NCBI GenBank assembly: GCA_964304625.1
Contig: OZ199840.1
Span: 5,693,200-5,757,199 of the forward strand
DNA length: 64,000 nucleotides
From: Kudoa neothunni
Lineage: Eukaryota > Animalia > Cnidaria
Direction of reading: 5' to 3'
Shown here: piece after piece, positions 50,801 to 63,765 of the stretch
Layout: the number at the start of each line of letters is the position of its first letter
Position numbering within the stretch: the stretch's first letter is position 1
Notes under the pieces: generated by a model
Told to the model about the DNA's origin: nothing
The model's input: the letters and a program-made list of their open reading frames with translations, nothing else
Database searches by the model: none
Position numbers and translations under genes: made by a program

Positions 50801-53800
50801 CGGAAAAGTTACGCAATATCGAGATTGACTGTATTAATAACGATGGGTAGGTACGCTATTCTGCACCACTCACATTAATTTTATAAAATAATGATATACA
50901 ACAAATTCTTGTTCAACTTTCTAAAGTCGCTAAAAAGACAATCTTCCTAGGCCTTTTGGATTCAATTTGACCCAAGATTATTATTTGCTAAACTAATTCT
51001 AAAAATTGTTACCTATTCAATTTTCTGGTATTTTCGATTTCTATCGACTACTTTTTCAGTAGAACAGTGTGAAATATAACAATTATTATTTATTTTCACG
51101 TAGACTGTAATATTTGTTCAGTTTGGTTTTTATCCTAATCTAGCGCGAAACCCTGCTTTTGTCAGGTTACACGAATATTTCGAGTTGGAGAACGCCTTTA
51201 AAATCATTTAAAAAATACACTTATACACTCATCTCAGTTAATCCATCGAAAGGACGAAACTAAAATATTTTTAAAGGAGATCGCACAAATTCTCTATCAA
51301 CCACCTCTCGCGGGCCGAAATCTACAGAAAGGGAAAATTGTCAAAGCAAAATCACCCTATCCAGGAACCCAGACTAACAGTTTCCGAATAACCGAAAGAC
51401 GTCGATGTGAATATTGTCCTCGAGGAACTGATAAAAAAACTCAAACCACGTGCTCATATTGCAATAAACACAATTGTTCAGTTCATTCATCGAAAAATTG
51501 TAAGAAGTGTTCAAATAATTAGATAATTCTGAGCAAATTTGTAAAAATTATAATTTTTATTCGCATGAGGAATATATAGTCTTCAATTTATCAGCTAAAA
51601 CAATGTACGTGAAGTATAATTTTTCGTACGATAATTTGCGAGCAGGATCCGAGATCATTAATACGGTATTAGCACAGATTAAGTGATATATTAATCACTA
51701 TTTTACCGAAGAATGAGTCGATAAAATTAAAAAAGCATCACTTCTTTGACTTTTAAATAATTTTTATAGTGTAATGCTTAAATAAAAAATTGAGGTTAAT
51801 TTGACCCCAAAAGTCCTCCGAAGGTAAAAATTTATTCCCTACTATTATTGTGATCATTTCCTCCCAATTTTATCATTTTATACTGCACAAAAATTTAGGA
51901 AAATAGATAAAAAATAGAGAAAATTTAAAGAGTACACAAAGAATAATTCTGGTTTTAATTATATTTTGGGGTCAATTTGACCCAAAAATCTTCGGAGGGT
52001 TAAATAGAAATATTATTTTCACTCGCTATAGCTAATCTTAAATTGATTACAACAAGACAAAGTTATCTTAGCATAAGCAATTTAACACCTTTGCTCAACA
52101 CATAAGTAGATAATTAATAGATTAGAATCAACTATAGTAATAGTAGCAATAGAGAATAAAGATAAGTACATTAAATAGATTAATCGTTTAAACTGTGATT
52201 TGGTGAATATACACACATCATACATGCACAGGCGCAAAAATTGCCGCTAAATCCCCTTTTATTTATTTGCTCCAATGATTTTACTGTTACAATAGAAACG
52301 CACGAAAACGTACAAAATGAGTTACTTTTGGCAGTATGACCAACATAGAGGAAGATCCCAATTTAAGAAAGTTTTTCACCATCACAATGCACTCATAAAA
52401 TTCATTCAAAGGTAAAACCTTATTATCACCAATAGGAATTTCAAGGATCTGAAAACAAAAATTAATTTAATCTCAAAGAGTAAAGAAAGGAGGAAATACC
52501 TGAAATTTGATGTTTTGAAAAAAACTGGGGCGTTCTTCAAAGAAAGACAGCATAAACACCTTTTTGGTTCTTTCGATTTCATTTAAGGCGGCAACTAATT
52601 GGTTGGGATTGAATTTTGGATTGACAAGTAGTATCTTTGAGGAGAATTCATAGAAGATTGATCTGGATGTGATCGAGCTTTTATAAGGTCCAACTAGCAC
52701 ATTTTTATCAGATTTGGAGTCAGCATTGTGGGAATAGCTTTTGGGATTCTGCTGCATCCGATCAGCATTAGAAGATGGAACATTTGTGGTAATTGTGGTT
52801 TTGAATTTGTCGGAAGCAGTTTTGATGTTGGTTAGAAATACACCGGCTTTATCTTTGAATTTGTCAAACATGAATTTGGTGTTGGTGGCCAGTGTTTTGA
52901 GATTCTCTTGGTTGATAGTTGGGAAATAGCGTTGTGAGCGATGTGGATATTGGTCGTGGAAGCCTGCACCGGCTAAATCGGGTTGTGAATTAGCAGTACC
53001 TAATTGTTTAGGATAAGCCAGTGGAAGATTTTCGAGTATTTCGCCACGCGGATCAACACCTAATTGTTGCGACCAACTTTGGAAGCGTTGATAGAGTTCA
53101 GACGATGAAGGGCGCAACGATGGATCAGCTACAAATATTTCCTTGACAACATTGATGAGTGCATTGTACATTTCTCCGTCAATCACCACATTTCGTGGCG
53201 GGTTATATTGGATATTTACAATCGCTAGTTTTTCGCCACTCTCAAATGGATGCACTCCATACAACAACTCAAAAAGCACACATCCACAAGCCCACATATC
53301 AATTTTGTCATTGATCACATGCATCGAATAGGTTTCCAGCATTTCTGGCGCCCGATATTTTGGAGTGCTGTATCGAGCCATATCTTCTTGAACCTCTAAA
53401 TGTTTCACATTGGACCAACTGTCGTTGGGATGATGTACCACAGAGGTACAACTTCCAAAATCGCATAATCTCAATGTGCCATCCATCGCTAAAAGTAGAT
53501 TCTGAAGTTTAACATCTCGATGAATAATCATTGGATCCATTTGATGGAGATGGCACAATGCTGAACACAATTGGCCAACGGTCTTCACAATAGTTGTTGT
53601 TGGTAGTGGAAATTGGTTGACCATTTTCATGGATTGCAACAAATTACCTTAAATAGTTTGTATTATAATAGATTATAATTAGTGAGGCATATTTTAAAGA
53701 AAATAAATGAATTTTTTCCAACAATCTCACTTAAAATATCCACATCAAAGTAAATACCTTGGCACAACTCTAACAACAAATAGTAATCGTAGTTGTTCTC

Positions 53801-54295
53801 TACGGCACATCCATAAAAGTTGATTATGTTGGGTTTGGATTGGAGTTTCTTCAACAAATTCATTTCCATATTAATCGCTCGTTTGCCTTCCTCACTAACA
53901 GCTCTCATATGCTAAACAAATAAATAAATATGTGAATATTTAAATAAATAAATAAATAAATAATGAGTAAGTAGTTGGATAGTTTGCGGAAAATAAAAAA
54001 ATAATGATAAAATTGGTCTTTGATTCGATACAAAAATAACAATTACCTTCACAGCATATAACATATCCGGCCTACTTGTATCATAAGCTTCATAGATATA
54101 ACCGTATGCGCCTTTAAAAAGTTGTAAATTAAAAAAAGAACCCAACCAAACAACAAGAATATAATCAAATCCCCAAACACACGAGATTTGAATACCTTCG
54201 TCCAAGCACTTTTTCGTGCGTATAGTCATTTCTCCAACCGATATGGTGATGATTTTGTTGTCGCTTTTCGCCCATGAATTCAACATTGAGGTCAT
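44840..54295 (-). CDS. GAK: Cyclin G-associated kinase / auxilin (NAK kinase + PTEN-like + C2 + clathrin-binding region + J domain), 1248 aa
   Basis: Ten exons (54295-54196, 54111-54047, 53911-53758, 53647-52500, 52448-52326, 48554-48400, 48351-47596, 46190-45221, 45167-44991, 44938-44840) give an open frame. Motifs: EGAYG, YAVK, HRDVKLQN, LCDFGS, TPKYRAPE, ERYLDYF, FGDVRF, FHTSF, DLLDLF, WAEGKQKNIRQLLSTL, HPDK. Confidence 0.95.
49555..50831. mobile_element. pogo/Tigger-derived non-autonomous element in GAK intron 5
   Basis: Right end GTTACGCAATATCGAGATTGACTG|TA; degenerate left end aactctcggtattgc; related TIR-like sequence at 621-645 and 41790. Confidence 0.6.
50185..50366. mobile_element. 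Small hAT/Charlie-like MITE nested in the element above
   Basis: Ends agcgcttccca ... gggaaccac, with internal cgcacccc repeats. Confidence 0.4.
50942..51999 (+). mobile_element. piggyBac deletion derivative in GAK intron 5 retaining an intact C-terminal cysteine-rich domain
   Basis: GGAGGG|TTAA end; GGGGTCAATTTGACCC subterminal repeats; frame 51202-51522 ends RRRCEYCPRGTDKKTQTTCSYCNKHNCSVHSSKNCKKC. Confidence 0.85.
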
Positions 54296-55445
54296 TCGAA
54301 TATTATTGGTATGGTAGTCGGATTTAAACGGCTTACGAAAGATTGGTCGAATAAAAATATGATGGTTGATCACGACTAAATCGGGTAATTAGTTATTGGC
54401 AGCATATCAAAACCTGAATCAACAAACTGGAAGAATTTTGATTCTATTACAATTCAAGGTGACGTATTTCTCCAATTGATCCCCTGTCTTGATAGGTTTA
54501 GACAACTTAACGCATGACTAAAGGATATTTTTCTACTGTTTTTGTGTGTACTGGTTCAAGAATTTATATGAGAGTTCGAGGCAACAATTGGCTATTATCG
54601 GATAAAAATATGACCACTACCAGTTGGTAATCGTTAGATGCAACGGTTGGACGGATGACGCTGATATGTGTTTACTCTAGGATGGATAATTCGTTCAGCT
54701 GATGAGATGATCTGATCATCGGTGAAGTCTTATAGCGGTTTTTGTGCAATTTTTTAGACTATTTTTTTAAGTTTCCTCATTCAATGAGGACTGCTCACTT
54801 AAGTGTAAAATTTTAAAGTATTCTCCCAAGTTTAGTTTGACCGAATATTTGGTTTATTATGTTATTTAATATAGAAAACATGTTTTGTAGGAGTGCTTTT
54901 CAATCCAAATTACTACTATGCATTATTACATCAAGATTCGGCACCCGATTAATTGAAATAATAAACGAAAATACTATTAATAAATTTGAAAAGCATTATT
55001 ATTAATCCGCTCAAGTTAATATTTATTAAGTATTTGGAAAAATATTCGGAGTTATTATTCTAATTAATATTCTAAAAAGTAAGTGTTTCATATGAATCAA
55101 CTATGGGACAATTTTCAAATCAATTTCTGTTAGAACCGTGCGCACGGTCGTGGAAATGAGTAATGATCGGTTGTTAAAATAGATTGATTGTTAGTTATTA
55201 TCCTGTTTTTTCGGTACATCCATATTGTAAGATAACGTTGCCCACGTTTGCTGAAATCTTGCACGTGATCATTATGTTAAGATAATTAGACAAATGAGAT
55301 AAGCGATTACAAGGAGTTCCGTTATCTTATGGGATTATATCACGTACATTAATAGTTGATTTTAAAAGATAACTCCATTAATTCTATAGGTAATTAGATA
55401 TTCAACTAATAGTAGTAACTTTTTAATCAAATTGTATTCGTTCTA

Positions 55446-56727
55446 CCGGGTTTTACGTATAAAACCGGACGTTGTATATGCTTGGGCAAAAATTTGGCAT
55501 TTTATACTGCATTCCAAATTAACAGAAATTAATGAAAATTATGATAGATTTCAATTTCTACGGATGCCATCTAAGGTGTGACGTAATTCAAGAAAACTTG
55601 CATTGAGTTAAAAATCATTTTTTACATTCGCCTCAGTTACAAATTGAGAGGAAGTTGTCATTCTCCGTATTAAATCATTATGTCTCCAGATAGAGCCATC
55701 TTTTCTTGTTTTCGATTTAATTCGAGAAAATACCTCCTCACAAGGGTTTAAAAATGGCGAGTATCATGGTAGATATTTATCTCATACGGATAGTTGTCAA
55801 AAAATTCCAGATTAGAATTATGGGTTCTGACTTTATCCATGACAATAATGTATAATGTAGTCCCCATCGCCAAACGAATTTTTAATTGGCTCAAAAATTG
55901 TTTGAAAAATTTCACAATCTACTCCCCTGGTAATGATTTCACCGTAAACTACATTGATAACCCTGACAGCCAGGATCATGGTTACGTTATACCCTCCAGT
56001 GTTAGTCATCATTGGATTGGGAGTTATTACAACTGGAGCGCGGTCATGAGAACGTAGTAAATGAAGGGAAAAGGGACTTTCATCGAAGAATATCATCTTT
56101 CTGTAACGTACATTTATTGGGAAGTCTGTGTATTAATTGGTGTGTTCTCTCCGTTCTTGTTTTACATCGGATGATTTGCGACTATGAGATATCTGTCTGA
56201 TCATTTTAAATGATATATTCAGTTATTTTAAACCATCTCCAAACGGTTGTTTGACTCACATCCAAAATGAGTTTTTGGCTCATAGATTGTAAAGTTATGG
56301 TACAGTCATCTTAATTTCCCTTGGACCACCTCTTACACATTTTGTATATGTATCAGATGTTTTATACCTTTAACCATGCTGTATGCTGTACGCTGTACGC
56401 TGTGCAGGGTGGATTTTAATATTCCTAGATCGTGAGCTGTAATAAGTGAGACCGAGGCCTCCATCACGACCGCGGGAATCCGTTTATGATGGATAGTGTT
56501 AACGAGGTGGCTCGGATTGATTAGTATTATTATACTTACATATAGTGTTTCTATTCGCGCTATTACATGAGCTATCGTAGAAAATGATTTTCCATCATCA
56601 ACTATAGGTTGAATGGCGCATTTTCTTAGGTCATCTGAAATGTTATTTCTTGACGTTTTGTTACATTTAAATTTATTTGTTTCCTATGCTTAATAACGCG
56701 CTGTTCGGGTTTGAAGGTAAAACCCGG
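55446..56727 (-). mobile_element. IS630/Tc1-like transposon, same family as the 35831 copy
   Basis: TA|CCGGGTTTTAC ... GTAAAACCCGG|TA with 20/25 TIR identity; FFDESPFSLH, VMDKVRTH, YSPFLNPCEE. Confidence 0.92.
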
Positions 56728-58669
56728 TAACATATTTTATTTATGAAGACAACTAACCTGTTGAAGCATTTTGAAGGTTATTAAAGCATCATTTATTTGA
56801 AAATGTAATAACCATCTTATGTAGTTACTAAGAATTTATCATTAGCCAATGATAGGATATATTACTCGGGTCGTTCTTTTGATTTAGTAGCACTATTTTT
56901 ACGTAAATTAAAGATTTTCTATTGAGGATACAAATTGGCTATGTTGAAACGATGCATTTGAGTATACTTTGAAGAATGCCATATTTTTCTCAAATGATAA
57001 ATAATAATTAAGTTTTACATTAGTCTTTGATGGCGTCTCTTTCAACAAGAAGGGTGAATGCGCGAGGATTATAAGGTTAATTTTAATCAATAATATTATC
57101 TTTTTGTCATGTATTCCACCACAAAAACAGTTTATACGACTGATTCTAGCGCGTAAAAACAAATGCTACAACTTAGAAAGAATTTAACGCTATATGAGAT
57201 TTTTAAATAAGTTATTGATTACAAATAACTTTTTGCCTTATTATTCATATATATTTGTGATAAAAAATATTTTGGAAAGCGATTTCACTATTAGGGAAAA
57301 CAAGTTATCGATGATTCCTGACAAGATAGCTGATGATTAATAATGAATACATTTTTAGGTTTTCTCTCCTTACAATATTAAATTTTTTTAAAGATTCGTA
57401 ACTCCGATAATCTCATAATACCATTGACAAAAAAGTTCAACTTTTTGGTATATTTCAAGTTCAACTATGCCATGGTTATCAAAAATGTGGACGCAATGTT
57501 TTGCGACCGTTCTTTATTTTACAACAACTACCACATAATTATACTACTAAAATTGGTAAAACTATCTGAGGCCAATATAGAAACACTTATGATCCCCATA
57601 TGGGTTATAAACAATAATTCAACCGACTCGAAACGTAAGGTTGCTTCTGAATATGGCAAATTAATAATGAACGGCGATGTATCAACTAGCCTGAACGCGT
57701 ACGTCGAAGAAGATAATGAATCGAACTGCAATGAATTCATTCAAACTCATCATGAAAATAATAACTTTAAAATTTTAATAATTTTTCATCCGTATGCAGT
57801 CGGATACTCGTGTATTCTCCATCTTATTTCAACAAAAATTGGATTGATCTCAAAATATATTTTCTTAATTTTATTGGAACCAATGATTTTTTTCAATAAT
57901 TAATCAACACTATATTTTAGATCAACATTTAATTCCAATAGGGAAATAACTTAAGGCGGATTATAGGAAGTTATTACTTTATAGGAGTAATTCTTACATG
58001 TGTGTTTAGTATAGCATTCGATAAACGTGAAAATGTAGTTTAAAAAAATATAAACACTAATAATTTCGTAGAAATAAAATTTTTTCGGTTTAATGAATTA
58101 TATATGTACCGATAAAAATAATTACCTTAATTAACATATTGTGTCTATATCTTGAAATATTCACAATTAGTATGTGTTATGTTTTGCCGAATTTGTTGTT
58201 AGGAAATTTTGGCATTTAAAAAAACTTATAAAACAACAAAAATATAGTTTTAAATATTTTTTTTAATGTTTTACACATACTTTAAGGTAAAAAAAATTTA
58301 TACAATCATTTTTAAAAATTAGGTTCCTGAATTTAATAAAATAGACTGAATAGTTTAATTTCTAATAAAAAATTTAATAAAAATATTATAAACTAAAACA
58401 AATCTTACTAAATTAATATCCATATTTTAAGGTCACAGATTATTTATATTATAGTGAAAAATGAGACGTTTTTGTGAAATTTGCAAAATATTTATTTTTA
58501 AAGTTAGTTTATATAAAATTGTTATATATCAATGTTAAAAAATCTAAATAGTAATAATAAATAACTTTTGAGTTAATAACTAAGAAAGAAACAAAATAAT
58601 TCAATGTTTGTTGAAAAAAGCGCATTAAAGTTTATACGGGGTCAAAGGATATTAATTTGAGCAAAAAAA

Positions 58670-59070
58670 TTAATTTTATGTTTTCTTCATCTCTATCACT
58701 TTTTCCATGTTTTATCCCTTAAAACGTTAGTGGTGCACAAATTTCCTGAGCTGGTCCAGAATTCGACTTGAAAAATCCCCCCGGCCCAAAAAATAACCTA
58801 TTAGATTGCACTTTAAGAGAGTTTAAATAATTTGGGGCGAACATAAATATGATACTGACCTTAAATTATTTGGCGTTGGTGCCGGGACAAGAAATTGTTA
58901 ATTAAAAACCAGGATTGATACATTCCTGCGCAGAAATGATGATTTAAATTTCGAAATCAAAATCGACAATGAATGATGCTTAAAAAAATTTAGTTTGACT
59001 GTTTCTATAAATAAATTTGAAACATAATATTTTTTAATGTTATAAAGAAACGCTGGGCAGTTTGCGCTAG
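58670..59070 (+). mobile_element. Helitron fragment (same family as 25475-28818, without the hAT insert)
   Basis: Shared gccgggacaag and tgaaaaatcc blocks; 3' end TTGCGCTAG|T. Confidence 0.6.
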
Positions 59071-61957
59071 TATCATAAAAAATGCCAATCTCGCGCCAAA
59101 TATTTGTTGTACCTTACTAAATTAACTAGTTATCAATGTAATGGATATCAAAACATTGGAGAAACCTAATATTTTACTGACCGATAATACAATCAGTTAG
59201 GTTACCTTATTAAGTAAAATAAGTAAATTTTAGAAAAATAAAACTTTTTTTTGAATGACTAAAAATTTGGGTGTAATCTCATTAGAATGCAACAAAAGTC
59301 TAAAACAACTGAAATTCAAAATGTGACAGGTGTAGAACATGGTATCGGCGAGTAATGCAACTTGGAGTACCTGTAATCGTTTTAAAACAAGTGGTATCGG
59401 TGCACCCCTAGTTTTTTCCGATAGTCTCTTGGAGGCTCTGCCCTATAAAGAAAAGATTTCGCGCGTGCGGGTGGGCTCGCATATATGGTGTTTCGTTATT
59501 TATTCATTATTTACTCGATAGAATTCTCCTAAGTTTTTAAAAATGACATTTATCAATATTTTAAATAATTTTATGAAAGAAAAGGCGAGGTAGATTTCTA
59601 CTCCAATTTTATTTGTTAGGTGTTTTTACATTAACTTTTTTGGTATAAGGTGAAAAAAAAATTTCAATTCATTTTTCTGAAAGCTTTTATAAAGATAAAA
59701 TTTTACAAGAACTGGAGAGGAGTTATGTTCCATTTATACGTTATAATATGGTTGGTATGATTCACCTGGGGTAGAAATCTACCCCATTTTACTTAGAAGG
59801 TTAAAATCATGTGGGTTTAAAAGACCCTACGCGTGCTCCGGAGGGTTAAATTATCCTTACACTGTCCAATTATCTAACCATTATCCTTGCTATGTAAATG
59901 ATCTGGATTTTCCTCGTCCCACCAAAGGCGATCATTAAACGTTCAAAAAATTTCTATGCCCACCAGTGGGGCATTACCTCCACGTTGGTGAACAATGTTA
60001 TAGTGGTTTCGACTATCCGCGCCAGCGCTTCCTGATATATTTGATTTCCGCACACCCTACCACTTATGAGGGCAACTCCGCATCTCTTCTCAAACAAGAA
60101 ATTACCAAACAGATTTTTTTATTGGGGAAAATATTTTTATTAAAATTGCATGAAAAAGTACAAGGATCCGTCTTCTTTAACGAAAAATCAAGTGTAAATC
60201 AATGAAAATTAATACAAATGATATTTAATTAAACGTGTTGACTTTTTTCTTGTATATTGGGGGAAATAATTAAGTCGAAACGAGGCTCTTTATTAGATAT
60301 AGATATGTATAAATCATAATTTATAAGTCGACTAAATATTTAATATTTTGGTACAAAGTATCAGATGTGAGAATCGCTCCCGCGCGTAATTTGGATTTTT
60401 TATTTTAATTATAAACCCAAAGATTCAATAATGAGAAAGAAAATGTGGCTCAGTCATGAATTTATCGTTTTAATTTACGTAATTTTAATGCAATATTGTT
60501 TTTTAAATCATAAAATAAAATTTTCAAGAATTAAACCTATTTTAAAATATTTCATAATTTTCTTTAATTGGATCAGTTAAAATTTTTATTTTTTAATTTA
60601 TTTGAGGATAAAAAGAAACAAATTATTATTTTTGTTCTATATACTAATAAATAGGAACAGCAGGTTGAAAACACACGTTAATTTTCAGTAAAATTTATCG
60701 AAGAACTATTGTTTGTTAGACTTATTTCGGCTCCGCTTGTGGAACACGAATCGCACGTGATATACGTTCGAGAGAGATTCTGATTACTTATAATTGGTGC
60801 ATTATGTACGAAGCATGCTCGGACGTAAAGTTTTTCAGTTGATTTAAGGTGTGAGTCTCCTACCCCAAATCAGGAAGCCTTCTCAGTCTATAGAAATCCA
60901 TCTTAATCAATTAATGAATCCGTTTGTGCAATTGCAGCGTAATCAATATTATTTGGTGATATGTTATAAAAAGAGAGAAATTATAATTAGAAGAATCCGT
61001 ATCAGGAAAACCACCATTGGAATTTTGAACAATTTATTCGTTGCGCACTCGCCACAAGTAAATTTTAACATTTTTCGCCAGTTTCAGAGTAATTTAGTCA
61101 TTAGTATAAACTAATAAGTTGTGTATATATTTCTTTAACTATTTTTAACAATTCTATCAATAAAATAATAAGGTATATTTTCACCCGATAATATTTGAAT
61201 GCGGTTTTAACGTTAGTTTGTCATAGTGAAAAGAACAAAATTTTTATTTTATGTTTTTGTGTACTACACAATTATACAAAAATAAGAAAAATTACACTAA
61301 ATAATCAATGATCGCCACGGGTAATATATCCCATTCCGTGTTTTCTCGAAAATAAGACCATGTCCTATCATAATTTTACACAACAAATGGCTACGAGATC
61401 TCATCTTAGAATAAACGAGATATTATTTGGAGGGTTAATAGTTACTAGTCTGAAGAAAAATTTATAACAAAAACTGTTGTTTTAATTAATTCAAAACGAT
61501 TAACTGAAATTAGGAAGTTAATATAATATTTCCAATTGAATAGATCGCAGCATAAAACGTACTAAACCACAAATTTATTCAATAACTTAGATTTAATTCA
61601 AATAGAATAGTTGATTTAAAATGTAAAGATATGGTTAAAATCCGTCCAATTATGAATTATTTTCGTTTGATATCAAAATTAATGTGAAATTCATTTGATG
61701 ATTTTAAGGAGCTTTGTGAGGGTGGCGTGATTAAATTTACAAAATAGCTAATATTTTAAAATAAATTGAAATTTTATTGCAAAAAAAGAATTGATTCAAT
61801 ATAAATAAAACAAGCTGAAGAGGTTTCTTGAAAACAAGTTTTAAAAATTTATTTAGATAGCCATAATTACACAGAAATACAATACCGTCGTCAAAAATGT
61901 CTAGAAAAAGATTAACATTAACAAAAATCATCGTTATTACTGGTCAGTTATTCAATT

Positions 61958-62593
61958 TCATTTATCATCTTCATCATCATTTAAAATAACAATAGATGGG
62001 TTTTCTAAAAAGTGATAATATAATAGTGAAAACAATCTCAACTCGAATACCAGACTTTTCTTCAGAATAACACTTATCCTTATCAGTGAATGCATTTGCA
62101 TTTGGAGTTGTGACGTTGTTGTCGTCATCAAAAGTTTGTTTTTCGTCGGTCTCACTGAGAACTTCCAGTGTACTCTCCCTGGAAACACTCTTCAAGCATC
62201 GCCTCTCCTTATGTGACATAGTTGGCGGTTTTGAAAATAATTTCTCACAGTCAATCTCTAATTTTCAACATAAGTACCGTTAAAAAACTTCCAAAATATA
62301 ACTCATGTCAACCTACCTTTCATGTTTGGAAGCGATAATCGACATCTACTCTCTGTATTTTTTAATACTCTAAGTTTTGGGTCTAAATTATCCATTGTAA
62401 ACCCCCTTTCAATAATATAATCTGGATATGTTTCTTTTGTAACTTTCTGTCTTATGGGTAGTGATTTTTTTATAAAAAATTCCTTTTTCTTTAGCAGTGA
62501 TGTATCAAAATAGTGAAGAGTCGAGTGAAATTTGGAATCAATGTCATACTTTTTTTTGGATGAAGCTTGTTCACCCGATCTATTATGAGACAT
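61958..62593 (-). CDS. Orphan 176-aa protein with basic N-half and C-terminal SUMO-interacting-like motif
   Basis: Exons 62593-62317, 62257-62051, 62004-61958 (introns 59 and 46 nt) join three ORF-track fragments in frame, ending ENPSIVILNDDEDDK*. Confidence 0.7.
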
Positions 62594-63170
62594 ATAAAGA
62601 TAATTTTTGGTTGATTCTGAAATTTATTATCCTTAAAAATTGACAACTAAAAACTATAGATTCAACCTTATTGTTATATTCAATGGTTGTACTGTTTCGT
62701 GAGCTTTTCTTATAAATCTATCCGAGATAATCTAGGTCGGGACTATTCATACAATTGTTGCTTGATATAACTTCACCAAAAATTATACACGATTAACGAT
62801 AATTTATATTAGGTATTTCAGAAGAATAATATCTTTGAAAACATATAAGTGAAACTAACCTAGCATAACACATCAATTTGCGACCAAAAACGTATGTTAT
62901 TCACGTATATTATTTGAAGCCGTGATACATCCATTGACGGATACTATCAAAATATATTGTTTCACAAATTAGTGATAAAAATTTTTTATTAGCTATATAT
63001 TTCCGTGCTTACAATCAAATCGTAACTTAATTTGTCTAAATGCTTATTTAGCGGACCTATTTTTTAACGTGACAATAAATACGTGCTTTTTCTTTATTCG
63101 CAGCTATCAGTAAATTACGTAAAATCCTCTTAAGAACTTATGTTTAATCTGGAATAATAATATTATACAC

Positions 63171-63765
63171 CAGGGGTTTTCTAGCGGGGGTGAATTTACC
63201 CCTTGGGAATAAAATTCAAATGAAAGGGGTAGATTAAGTAACAACCAAATTGGATTGGGAAATTTTTGCATTATGAGTTTGTGACGTACTTTAGGATTTC
63301 AAGGAAATTATTATTTAGGGCTATTAACGCAGTATGAATTAGATAGAAATGCTTAAAATGCTATTAGAAATGATTATTTAATAGTTATCTTTGAAACTAT
63401 TATCAGTATTTTTCTGTTATGGCTCGTTTATCTTTTAGTGGTGTGGCCTAATAATAATAATACATAAAATGACTATTTTCTTGCTAAATAATATTCAAGT
63501 GTCATTAGTTTTTATTATTCTTAATTATTTCTGGTCCTAAAAGTTGAGGAATGAAGAAAAAATAATTAAATCTATATACAGCTTGTGATTAAGATAAGAT
63601 GTGACTAAAAATTGTCTCATTGTACAAGCGTACATGCCTATTAGGATTAGAATTTGGCCTGCAAATAACCTCCGCTATAACTAAATCGGTATAAAACCTA
63701 AAAGTAAATATGAATTTGGCTTCCAAGTTAGGGGGTAAATACAAAAAAACGGTTGAGAACCCCTG
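63171..63765. mobile_element. hAT MITE
   Basis: TIRs CAGGGGTT(T/C)TC; degenerate nnnTAnnn TSD (ttatacac/ctctatac). Confidence 0.75.

Noticed and set aside
51140-51170. Minus-strand Helitron 3' end (ttcgcgCTAG)
   Set aside because: It lies within a piggyBac derivative and is followed by A rather than T; ambiguous.
30660-53331. ORF-track antisense ORFs overlapping the membrane protein, m-AAA and GAK exons
   Set aside because: Shadow ORFs of real coding exons with no independent evidence.
54699-54730. Hammerhead ribozyme (CTGATGA followed by the gatgatc/gatcatc stem)
   Set aside because: The required GAAA after stem II is absent, and stems I and III are not found.
56908-57903. ORFs of 84 and 159 aa
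   Set aside because: No recognisable motif or consistent exon chain; may be an orphan or pseudogene but cannot be supported.
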